From Vicugna vicugna (taxonomy: Eukaryota), in contig MU057880.1 in the NCBI GenBank assembly GCA_013265495.1, positions 588,527 through 652,526 on the forward strand: 64,000 bases of DNA, written 5' to 3'. The notes beneath the pieces are model-generated. The model saw only the letters and a program-made list of their open reading frames with translations. It was not told the DNA's origin and ran no database searches. How positions within the stretch are numbered: the stretch's first letter is position 1; the number at the start of each line of letters is the position of its first letter. Below, piece by piece: positions 11,011 to 22,605 of the stretch. Made by a program: the position numbers and the translations under genes.

Positions 11011-13098
11011 CTGCTGGTACCTCTTCACCACCACCCCAAACCATGATTCAGGGGGAAAGGACAAAATAATACAAAGCTGATGCCTGCTGGCACTCGACTG
11101 CTAAAGTAAATGTCAGCAATATTCTCCGGAGATTTCCCACCCTGTCATCAGTATACCCCTTCCACGGATGGCTTTTCATTGCTCCTAAAACAGAAGATTC
11201 CAAGTTATTTACATCTTCATTCCTTCAAGAATAAATACGTCAAGTGCATTTGGCCTTGGTTCTCTCATTACCAATTATGTCTTGGTTATTTACAATTCTT
11301 CCATATTTGAAGTATGTTTTCTAAGCCCCAGAAGATTACTTACAACTGCCTGCTAAACAGCCAAAGAATCATCCTAGCTCAGATCCACCCGCGTCTTCTG
11401 CTAAAGTCTGTCCTGACCCAGCCCCATTTCTCTGCCTTGGCCCAGTTTCAGCGTGGCCACCTCGGGTTCCTGCAGACCCCCCCAGACCTCCCTGCCCATC
11501 CCCTCCGCCTAACCCGCCCTCTGTACTCCAGGAAGACCATCTTTTGAGGGACGAGGGGGGCTGAGAGGCATCTGATCCATCATTTTGCTCCTTGAAAATG
11601 GACCACCCAGCTACAGATTAAAAGAGACTTAAGATATCAACCAATGAACAAAGTGTGCCAAAAATGTTCTGAGACAAGGAAATGAGAACACTTTCATGAT
11701 GTTAAAGAATTACTAAGTCTGTGATAAGGCCTTTCTCTTTTACAGATAAGACACCTAGAGTAGCAAGTCAGGGTGAAGGGAGGCGTCTGGATTTCCCGCG
11801 CGGTAACCCGTCTGCTGCAGGCCGGGAGCTGGGTAAGAGGCGAGCCAGCACCGGCCCTCCGCGGACAGTGCTGGCAGCGCGTGCACGGGGCGGGGAACTG
11901 TTAGTCTTCCATCCCAATACTGCGAACACCCGGGAATTTCCATAATCAAATGTAATGCAAGAGGGAAGCCACTCATCCCACTCATCTCCAGTTGCCTACA
12001 AGACTCGAGAATGACTTCTGAACGACACACTCACAAGCAAGTGTGACAGTTGCCTGCCCCCTTCCCCGGCCCACACGCCACCCGCTGCTCACGCCAAACC
12101 TGCCAGAATGTTCACAGCACCAGGCCAGGCCCCTTCACCTCCCGAGTCCCTGCACAGGGTCCCTCCTGCCCGGGCGGTCTCTCTAGGCCCCCAGACACAC
12201 TGTGAGCCCTGGTTCAAAGGGCCGCATCTCCGAGACCCTCCCCATCTTCCTGAAGCCCCCCTGCACTCACCCCTGACCCCAACCCCCAGTTACTCTGGTT
12301 CCTTAGCATTTCTTCTTCTGGTTTTCCTTTTTCTTTTTTTTTCCTATTTCTACCCCCACCACAAAGGATTAGAGCCTCCTTAAAAGCAGAAGCTGTTTTT
12401 TATTTGTTTCAATAAATATTCCCTGTAATTTGCATGGAAAGCAGTAATTGTTTAGTAAGTGCTTTGAAACCCAGGAAGGAAAGTCAACAGAACAACAGTC
12501 ACTCTGGCAAATGGCAGCGGCCACAAAGGCCCAGCAGACCACAGCGCCCCCGCCCTCAACACACCAACGCTCACCGTGTTCTTTAAAGAGTCAGCTGTCA
12601 TTTTCTCAAGGCGTACGTTACACACCTTGAAAGAAATAGCATCATCGTTTAAAGAAGAAACTACACCCAAAGAGATGCGGGCAGCTTATTTTCCTGTTTC
12701 TAAAAGAGGCACGAGCTGACTCAGGACACTGACGCTATCATTACGTCTCACCTGGCGTGGTCGTGAGAACATGTATTCTGTCCTGTTGAAAAGACTATGC
12801 ACTATTTCTCATTCCACAATGATAAAAGTCAAAATGCCCCATAACGTGAAACAGCATCTCGGAACCACACGTCAGAGAAACACAGGTACAGACGAGAACT
12901 TATCAGCAAAGGCCTGTAAACTCTCCCTTTGTGACGGCAAGCAGCCGAGATGCTTCCCAGCCCTGAATTATGAAATAAACGTTAATGCAGAATTACGGCA
13001 CTGCTGACATGGCCAGCTGTTCCTAACGCTTCTCTGTACTTTGAGGAAATCATTTAGTTGCTGCATCACACGTTGTACAAAAAGGAAGAAACACCTAC

Positions 13099-13155
13099 TA
13101 GTATAAAACTTCATTTGCTTCGTGTCTTTCGTATCTCACAGTTTCACACATCAAT
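13099..13155 (-). CDS. RAPGEF2: RAPGEF2 coding exon (exon 3), 57 nt, phase 2 to 2, (R)LMCETVRYERHEANEVLY(Y)
   Basis: Minus strand reads ttttttgttttacag|ATTGATGTGTGAAACT...GTTTTATACTA|gtaggt and continues the frame of the 18290-18360 exon. Confidence 0.97.
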
Positions 13156-14559
13156 CTGTAAAACAAAAAATAAAGACATGAGTTCAACATCTGTCATGAA
13201 AAAACAGACAAATAGTTTACAAGTGTAAATGAGACGTGCTGTAGAAAGTGAAGATAAACTTATATGAATAGTCACAATCATTTATTAGCCTCAAGACAAG
13301 TATTTCTGGTGCCTAGGTTAACAAAATAAAATAAAATCTGGTAAATTTTATGCTAACAAAGAAACATTTTGTTGGATGTCAACTTTGCCATGTTTATTTT
13401 ATAGGAAACAAAATTGTATGTGTTTTGTATTTTGTAAATGACATGTGGAAAAATTAATGTTCCCAAGGTAAACAGAAAATGAGAAGGAACCTAAAAATCA
13501 GAAAGGAAAACCTATTCATTTAAAAAGTGATAACGTCATTCGCAGGTCAACATTGATGTGACTTAACAGCACGGAATTTCATACAAAAGTAGGCTTGTAT
13601 TAAAGTCAGCACTGGTATGACTAACGGCCAAATGGAGGCTTTCCAACTTAAAGATTTGTTATTTCAGCTGATTCATCCCTGAGGAAAAAAAAATCATGAA
13701 AGCTATGGAAAACATGAATGAATGTTTAAATATTTAAAATTATCTCAAAAACAGCATCTTCCAAAAGCATCCAATTATAAGCCCAAGTAAAATTTCCCAA
13801 AAGCACAGACACGCCAAAGAGGAAATGACTCCTCTCATGGAGGCACTAGTAAATGGAAGAGGCGGCTGCAGAAGTGATGGTTTCACCAGCACCTCTGTCC
13901 TGGTCAGCGGGGCTCCAGCCCCCGGCCTGTGACACACTGCTATCGACACAGCCACCTTCCCTCTGTCTGCAAAATCCAACGCGTGCCACACACCGTTAAC
14001 TCTTCACTTGAAGACAACTCTCTGGCCCTGCTCTTCTCACCCCACCTTAGAGACCCCCCTTATCCTCTCAGTCCCGTCCTGGACACATACCACCTGAATG
14101 TCACTAACTCCAGGAAGCAGCAGCAAACCTTAAATCCACATCATCTAGCTTTCTTTCACGGACCGAATCATACTCATTCTTCAGAAGAGAGGATGACAGG
14201 CACAAGTAATGGGTCGAAAAGTCCTGGGTCTTAAATCATGTAGCAGGCGCTGCCTCTTCCCTGGATCTCGTTCCTCCTGCGGTGGACCCTGGCTCCTGCG
14301 AGCACACTGCTCCCCACCAGCCACTGCTCCCTCCCCCCGAATCTCTGCCTGTAACACAGAAACACACCTTGGAATCTCCTATTGTCGAGGGGAGGGACAC
14401 TCCTGACCCCACGTCCCCTCCAGCTACTGCCCACATTCCGCTTTTCCCAGGACAGAAGCTCACCCTTCACAGAGGTCTACATACTCTGTCTCCACTCTCT
14501 CACCCTCCTCCTACTCCTCCATCATTTGGGCCTTGAAACTCAAAGAAAAATCTCTAAAA

Positions 14560-15560
14560 GTTACCAGCATCCTGTTACCTAAATCTTTTCTGATCTTGTA
14601 TTAATATCACATCTCAGCAGCATTCGATGACTTCCTTTTCCTTGGAGCATCACCTTCTCTAAGTCTCCTGGTTTCTAAATATTACCCGTCTCCAGGGACC
14701 ATCAGCCCTCTTCCCCTTGGCACCCCATGACCTCACCCAGTCTGTGATTTTACACTTAATGCATAAACTGATGTCTGCCGAGGCAACGCCCCACCCCTAA
14801 CCTCTCACCGTGACACCCACTCATCTCAACAACTACTCCTGGCCGTGTAATAGCCAATTCATGTTCAAACGTCCAAGACAGACCTTGAGCTTCTTCCCCA
14901 ATGATCTGCTTTCCCACAATCAGAATCCAATTGTTTAGACCAGAAACCTTGGAGTCAAGTCCCTAACTCCTGCTTTCGTCACATCTCACCCTCCGGCCAC
15001 TCCTGTTTCCCAAATGCATCCTCCCGATTGACCAAGTGCACCATCTGCCCGTGAAAACCAGCCTGAGTCAGCGACAACTCACGACCACCTCTCACGCAGA
15101 CCACGCACGCAGACACGGAGGCACAGCATCACACCCCTCTGCTTGCAGCAGGACATCCCGACTCCCCGTCCTGGACCACAGGGTCCCACACTGCCGGCTG
15201 CACACAGCATCCTACGCTCGCTCGACCGCGCCGAGCCCGTTCCCACCGCAGAGCCTCCGGGACCCATCGGTGCTGCGAAGACCTTCGCCCAGCTATGCCA
15301 CTCAGACGGTACCTCCGTTCGACCACAGAGTCGAAGCAGCCCAGGGCCCAGTCTTCCGCTGCCCAGCACGCCAACACACGAGCACAACAACACGGCCTGT
15401 CCACCTAGGTCTCGCCCGCCCACGAGGAACCAGCTCCGGGGTGGCGGGCGGCCCCTCTCCCTGCTGCGTCTACCAGACCGTGGGCACGCAACCAGAGCGG
15501 GCGACCCCACCAGTGCCTCTCACCAGTGCCATCAGAAAAGCGTGAAGTCGTCCATATGAC
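14560..15560 (+). mobile_element. LINE-2 3' region, highly diverged, distal half CpG-rich
   Basis: ccagaaaccttggagtcaagtccctaactcc and ctcgaccgcgccgagcccgttcccaccgcagagcct resemble L2 consensus segments in the expected order. Confidence 0.6.
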
Positions 15561-15678
15561 GAGGCTCTAAATAAACAGAAAGTACCAAAACGCCTTTTTG
15601 TCTTTCAACATTGTTAGGGAACGTTTTATCAAAAGCCTATTGATGTTCCCTGAATTCCTAGAGTATATTCATCATGAT

Positions 15679-15733
15679 TGTGTGTGTGGGCGCGTGTGTG
15701 TGTGCCGTGTGTGTGTGTGTGTGTGTGTGTGTG
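15679..15733. repeat. Interrupted (TG)n microsatellite
   Basis: tgtgtgtgtgggcgcgtgtgtgtgtgccgtgtgt...gtg seen directly. Confidence 0.95.
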
Positions 15734-17917
15734 AACATCTGTGAGAGACAGAGTCCAGCCGCTTCTTGTTTCCAGCTCTGAACGGCCCCAAGCAGCTCCT
15801 CTGCTTGGCATAGTTTTGGCTTCCACTCCTAACTGGGGTGTCCTCCTTCCCTCTGGTAAATATGCCGCTTCTAATTCACGTGGATTAAGGGAGTAAACAT
15901 TACAAAAATAATGCTGTATGGAAAAAAAACATAGTTTTTAAGTGAAGATCTGAACATCTTTACAAGGCACAGAGTGTGTGCTCTTAACAGCCACACGGCC
16001 GACTGATGGCACATCAGAAACTGCTCAGGATCAGTGCACGGCTTGCACGTGGGGGGCCCCACAGGGCACGGAGCGGGGCTTTCAAAGAAAAAAGCCGCCC
16101 GCTCTGCCAAGAAGACCACTGTGCCACTGCCCGGCACTGAATAAACAGACTTTGAAAGTCTAGATTCAGAGCTGCTTTTTTTTTTCTAAAATTAGAAAAC
16201 TGCATTATGTGGAAGTCTTAACTGTTCTCCATTAATCCCAAGGGTAAAACTTCTATTTATAAAATCCAAGGAAAATAACTCATCTAAATAAAATGTATTT
16301 TTTCCCAGAAATGGTAGTTATGACAAAGCATTCACCCAAGTCACTGAATTTATCTGCACTTCCTTTCTTGCTATGATTCGCTTTGATACCCTGATCTTCT
16401 CCTAAAAAATGACTTACATTACTTTCGGCTGATGTTTTCCATAAATATGAGACAGAAATGACTTTTCAACACACGCCAAATAAGATAAACGTCCCACAGG
16501 AGCCTCCCTGTAAGCTCACGCCCACAGCGTTGGGGCGTCTCCAGAACACACTTCTGAAGATGTGAACACACTAAGCTATACTGTGGAAGTAATCAATTAT
16601 TTCTAACCAAAATTCACCTTTGAAACAGCAGAAAAGTGATGGTTCTAAGGCTGGCTGGTGGGCATACGAGACTTCAGTGTATTGTCTCTACCTCTGCAAT
16701 CTTGAAAATTTGCATAAGATGCATTAAAGTTTTTCTTTTTCTCTTGCATAGAATTACTATTACCTAAATAGTTTTATAGCCACATATACTATAGACACAT
16801 TATATAATCAATACACTTAAATTATGTGCACATGGCAATGACACACATTTGCATATTAATAAATTTGCATTTGCAGATTAACCTCATTCCGTTAAACAGA
16901 CAATTGGTGGTACAATTTTTTCTTATGACAGCTGTCATCAAAAACATAAAATGAAAGACACTTTGAAAATTATTGTTGCTTTAATTTGAGCCATCTTCTA
17001 AATTCCCAATGGTTTTGCCCTTTCTAATAAAACTTGACTGAATTTTTAAACACTTAACCCACAATCTACTCTAATTTAAATTATTTTCATTAAAAATTTA
17101 ATCTTAGAAGCATTAATCCTCTTGACACTTCGCTCACTTAACAACTAAATATGAAACTGACATGCTCACAAATTAATTAGTGTTTAAACAGTAAAGGGGA
17201 AATACATAGAAAAAGCATCCCTTTCACAATTAGAGCCTGCTGCTATCAAAACTAGCAGGAGCTGGAGGAAATCAACCCTTCCCACGCCGTCCTAGTTGGT
17301 CTTTATATGTAAATCCATCTTCCCAAGGTCCTTTATTTTCTGTTCCAGTTAGGGTAAAATCACTGCATTATATAAGATGTTTTTGATTTTTTTTAATTTA
17401 ACCCCAGATAACCATAAACAAGGCTGCTGTACCACCACAGAGTAGAAGTGATGAGATTTTTATGTGTGGACTGTACAAAAACAACAGTGGTGTAAACTGT
17501 GTTTCCCAGAAAAGGGCAGTCAGCTTCACACAATGAACGTACTGCACACAGAGATCTAAAACACACCACACCAGTGAGCTGAATCATTCTTTGAAGAGTT
17601 AAGAACATTCTGGTTTCTTAAGTATCTGCGCACTAAGAAGTAGATTTGTATTTGCCAGGACGGCAAATAATGCTCCGTTTTTTGGTATATTCACCAAGTG
17701 GTGTTCCTCACTTTAGGTGGGGAGGGCGAGGGGGAGGGCCAGGGGAGGGGAGAGGTTATCACTATGGCAGAAATGTCAAAAAATTCTGTGGGTGTACCTT
17801 ATAGGGCCAAGTATGGACACTGGATGAGTCAGTGTTTTCATAACTTATCTTTAATCCTATTTCTAAATGACAATAAATGATCACAGAAAATTCTAGCATC
17901 CTGTTACTGTTCATCTT

Positions 17918-18267
17918 TTTTTTTTTAACTGAGCTATAGTCAGTTTACAATGTTGTATCAATTTCTGGTGTACAGCACAATGTTTCAGTCATACATCAAT
18001 ATACATATATTTGTTCTCATATTCTTTTTCACCATAAGCTACTACAATATCTTGACTATATTTCCCTGTGCTATACAGTGTAAACTTGTTTATCTATTCT
18101 ATATATACCTGTCAGGATCTACGAATCTCGAACTCTCAGTCTGTCCTTACCCACCCCTCTCCCCCCGGCAACCACAAGTCTGTATTCTATGTCTATGAGT
18201 CTGTTTCTGTAATTTTATATTTAAGTTCATTTGCCTTCTTTTATTTTTTCCTCTGATCCCACATGAG
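17918..18267 (-). mobile_element. 5'-truncated LINE-1 (3' UTR only) with 10 bp target-site duplication
   Basis: PolyT run followed by the reverse L1 3' UTR. TSD tgttcatctt at 17908-17917 and 18268-18277. Confidence 0.9.
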
Positions 18268-18289
18268 TGTTCATCTTACAGTGGCTCAC

Positions 18290-18360
18290 CTCAGCTGATG
18301 CTCCCGCAGGTTCGATAAGGCTTCCATACCATGCAAGTAGGAATACACTATTTCCAGATC
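18290..18360 (-). CDS. RAPGEF2: RAPGEF2 coding exon (exon 2 of long isoform), 71 nt, phase 0 to 2, DLEIVYSYLHGMEALSNLREHQL(R)
   Basis: Minus strand reads ctaattatttctgtcctttctttcaaacag|GATCTGGAAATAGTG...CATCAGCTGAG|gtgagc, giving a branch-like CTAAT, pyrimidine tract, AG acceptor and GTGAG donor. Confidence 0.97.
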
Positions 18361-19199
18361 CTGTTTGAAAGAAAGGACAGAAATAATTAGACTTATCAGG
18401 AAAAGAGGCTTCTAAAATAAATCATTATACTTACAGACCAAATTAAAGGTAGCTTTCTTTAGATACAAGTGGTCTTAGACGTTAAAAAGAAAAAACATTA
18501 AGGGAAACGCTGAACTGTGCAAACATCCACCAGCTACAACTGCCTTTAGGACACACACAAAAGATATTAAAATATGAAACAAATGGGCTCAAACTTATGA
18601 AAATAAATTCCTCATAAGTTGTTATCACCTATTTTCTGACTTTAACATCAAAATGTCACATGTAAAGTTTTACTTTTAAAGTATAAATATTTGCCAATTC
18701 CTTCATTACATTATTTCCTTAGTCAAGATAAAAATTAATCCATGCTATCTCATGAACTCTTAAACACGAGCATGAATTCACTTTTTTTTCAATTTTCACC
18801 AAATGACATTTCTCATATGTGGAAATATTCAAATTTAAATATCCTCTTTTAAAAAAGAGAGACAGGCCTTGTGTTTCTAGATCACATTGCAACACATAGG
18901 AAAAAGACTCAAAGCTATGCGTGAAAGTTTAGAACAGGTAAAAACCCCCAGTTCTGTTTACACTCATTTATATGGCAAGCCAGCAAGGAATCAGTACTTT
19001 TTTAAATTAAGGCATAGCTGAGGTACAATAGTATATAAATGTCAGGTGGGCAGGAATTCGTATTTTAAGGCTCCAATGAATGAATACCTAGCAACCTGTG
19101 ACATCAAGAATTTGAGTAGATATCTACTCCTCCCCCAAATCTTAAGCAAAGTCGAAAACAAACATATTTTACGAAATTTGTAAAATTATCCTCCTCCTT

Positions 19200-21045
19200 A
19201 AAATAACAGCTCTATTGAGATATAATCTACACCTTTTGGGGGGGGGCGGGCAGGAGGGCACAGCAGCGCTGAGCCACTGCACACAGCCCATCCCAGCGGT
19301 GCACGCGCCCCTCCCACGTCCGCTGGCTCGGCCAGCTGCGCCCTCCTCTCCAGGGTGGGGCTCAGGGCTCCTCTCCCTGGGTGCCAGGGAGGCTAGGACT
19401 CAACTCATCACCTGTGAGAAATTCAGTGTTTTCCTTTTTTATATAATCACCCTCACAATCCCTGAACACTTTGACCACCGAAAAACCACTCCTGTCAGCA
19501 CCCGTTCCTCACCCTTCCTTCCCCCAGCTCCTAGCAACTGTTAGTCAACTTTGTTTCCGTGGATTTGCCTATCCCGGGCATTCTGTGTGAACAGAATCCC
19601 ACAACGGAATTTACAACCCTTTGTGACTGGCTTCTCTCACTCAGCACAGCATCTTCCAGGTTCATGTCTCTCGTAGCCTGTAACACTTCTCTCCTGCTGC
19701 CGCCCAATAACACTCCTCTGCGGAGGCATGCCACATTGTGCTACCCACCCACCCACGGATGGACATCTGGATTTTTCCTACTTTGGGGCAAGTGTAAATG
19801 ATGCCGTTGTAAGTCTCATGCGTGAGTTTTTGTTAGGACAGCCGTTTTCAGTTCTCATAGGTATATACCAGCGGGTGGACTTGCTGCTAACTCTGCATTC
19901 AGCTTTTTAAGGAACTGCCACATTGTTTACTTAAGTGGCTACATCATTTATAACCCCATCAGTGGTGTACGAGAGCTCTAATTTCTCCACACACATCCTT
20001 GTCAGCACTAACATCTGCCCTTTTTTATTTCAGCCTTCCCAGCTGTGCTCCAAGTGGTGTCCAGTTGTGGAGCTGCTCTGCATGTCCCTAACGACCAAGG
20101 ATGCAGACCATTCTTCATCTGCTTATTGGTCATTTATACAACGTCTTTAGGTAAATAGCTATTCAATGCTTTGTTTATTTTTTAATTGGGTTGTATTTTT
20201 ATTTTTCCACTTAAAGAATTCTTTATGTATTCTGCATAGAAGGCTCTTATCAGATGTATCATTGGCAAATATTTCCTCCCATTCCCTGGGCTGTCATTTC
20301 ACTTTCTTGGATGGTACCCTTTGAAGCACAAAGTTTTTAATTTTGACGAAGCCCAATTTATCTATTTTTCCTTTTCTGTTTATGCATTTAGAGTCACTGT
20401 TAAGGAACCATCATGTAATCCAAGGTCACCGAGATTTACTGACGTCTTTTCTTAGAAGTGCTTCTTCTACAGCTGCTTCTTCTATTGAGGTCTAGGATTC
20501 ATTTTGAATTATTTTCCACATAACATAAGGTCAAAGGCCAACTTCATTCTTCTGCATGCGATGTCCAGCTGCCCCATCTCCCTCTGTCGACAATACGAGT
20601 GCTCCCCACCGAGCTGCACTCTCGGAGAAAATCAGTTGCCTGTATTGTGGGCGCCGATGTCTGGACCCGCAGATCTACTTCGTTGGTCTGTGCGTCCACC
20701 CTCCCGCCAGCCCCACACTGCCTCCTCTGTGCAGCTCTCTAGCAAGCCTGAAATCAGAAACCATGAGTTCTCCAACCTTCTACTGTTTTGGGTGCCTTGT
20801 GTTTCCATATGAGTTTTAGAATCAGCATGTAAATCTCTGCAAACAAGCCAGCTGGGGTTTTAACAAGGGTTGTACTGAACCTGTAGATCAACTCAGGGAG
20901 CATGACCGTCATAACAATATTAAGGCTCCCAACCCACGACGTGGGACGTTTTTCCATTTACTTAGACCTTCTTTAATTTCTTTCAGGAATACTCTGTATT
21001 TTTCAGTGTACAAGTCTTGCACTGCTTTGGTTAAATTTAATCCTC
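19200..21045 (-). mobile_element. Old LINE-1 (L1MB-like), 3' UTR plus decayed ORF2 end
   Basis: ttgagatataat...gactggcttctctcactcagca...tttgaagcacaaagtttttaattttga. The ORF at 20754-20957 (LNIVMTVMLPELIYRF...ILKLIW) resembles L1 ORF2p. Confidence 0.85.
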
Positions 21046-22526
21046 TCTTTTGATTAAGGGAAAAAAAAGTCTATTACCTTGGGAATACCTTTGAGAACGA
21101 GCCAAACTAGACATGCAATTAGATTTCATATACTAAGGGCACAGATCAGGGACAATGACTCATAGAATAACTACGTAAGGAATCTGAAACCTTTCTAAGA
21201 AGGTACCAAGAAGGTTTTCAGCCTAAAATATTTTACTGTACCCTTTAAACAATACTATGATGTGTTAAGGGGGGGAGGACCTCATTTATAATTCTCAAGT
21301 GTCCCAATTTAAAATCTATCAATACCAGAAATTTAAAGTGTCACCCTCTGATGGTCAACTTTCAAATAAACTGACAGCCTTTAATTCTATTCATCTGTAG
21401 TCTTTGTTATTTCCCACAGACCTTTTAAAAGCTACTTAAAGACTGAAATCTAAAACTAGACCTAGAAATTCAATACAAATCAGAAAGCTAAACAAAACCT
21501 TTCCCACCACCTAATTATCAACGTGTGCGCTCCTGAAGCTAATAGATCTTTAGAAGCAATCATCCTCCAATTATAATATTCTACTTGCAGGCAAAGAAAG
21601 CCAATAAAAAATGTGCTACTTAATGAGAAATGTTCTTTAATACTTTGTAATGCAAGATCCTTCTGAGTAATCCTAAAGTTCACATTCCATCTTAGATACT
21701 ATAAATGTGTGTGTTTCTTGCAGTCATTAAATGGTGAAGACTGCCCTCCCGTTTCTGAAGCGCTTACAGCCTGAATCTAATATGAAAGTCTTACATTTTT
21801 TTCCCTGAAATATCTATCAACCTGTTATAACTGTCCAGGGCTTAAGATTGCTCCCTCTAAGCAAACAGACAAGCCCATTTACATTCACTTAGCACTCCTC
21901 CGCCAAATAAATCTACGCTGAGCAAGAAAGTTTGTTTGGGAAAGGATAGAAAGAAATAGGATTTTTCGGAAGCTGGAGAAGGGGGAAGTCTTAAAAGAAA
22001 GAAAAATGACAGAAGGAGACTTTGCAAGGCTGGAAGCAGAGTGGAGGGAAAGAACAGCCTTCGCCCTTAGAAGACCAGAGGCTTCTGCAGCTGCACAGAT
22101 AAAACACCCCACCTCACAGCGGCACGGTGGGCTTTCTGGAGGGGTGAGGGGTGGGTTTAAACATATATCACACCGGCAATACACAAGCAAGGAGCCCTGT
22201 GCAGGGGTTTTGTGCGAGTATTTCAGACGCTTAGCTAGACCACGAGCTTCCCAAGTGAATTCAACATGACGACCGGAGCTCCCTCTATTATGCACAGAGT
22301 AAGTCAGCGCAAAGGAAACTGTTTCACATGGTCTGAGCCTCCCGAGCCGGGAAACGCGAGGCGTGGGCGTCATTCTTCCACACAAAGCTGTCCCGTGGAA
22401 GGCAGTTCGGTCTCGCTAGTTAGACAACTTTACGGATAGATTCTACCTAAACCTGAGATCTCTTAGGAAGGAGTGGTGAGAAACTGTCAAGCCGGCGGGG
22501 GGCACACACACACGTGTCCACGTCAC

Positions 22527-22605
22527 CTGTCCCCTGCAACCATCCCGGGTGCGGGCGATGAGGAAGAGCCAAAAAGCTTCAGAAAAGGCACCAGAGAATC
22601 TGACT
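22527..22605 (-). other. Candidate cassette or cryptic exon (79 nt) in intron 1
   Basis: Minus strand reads ctaatttcatttccttgctctttgctgttttctttcatccaccag|AGTCAG...ATGGTTGCAGGGGACAG|gtgacg. Confidence 0.35.
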
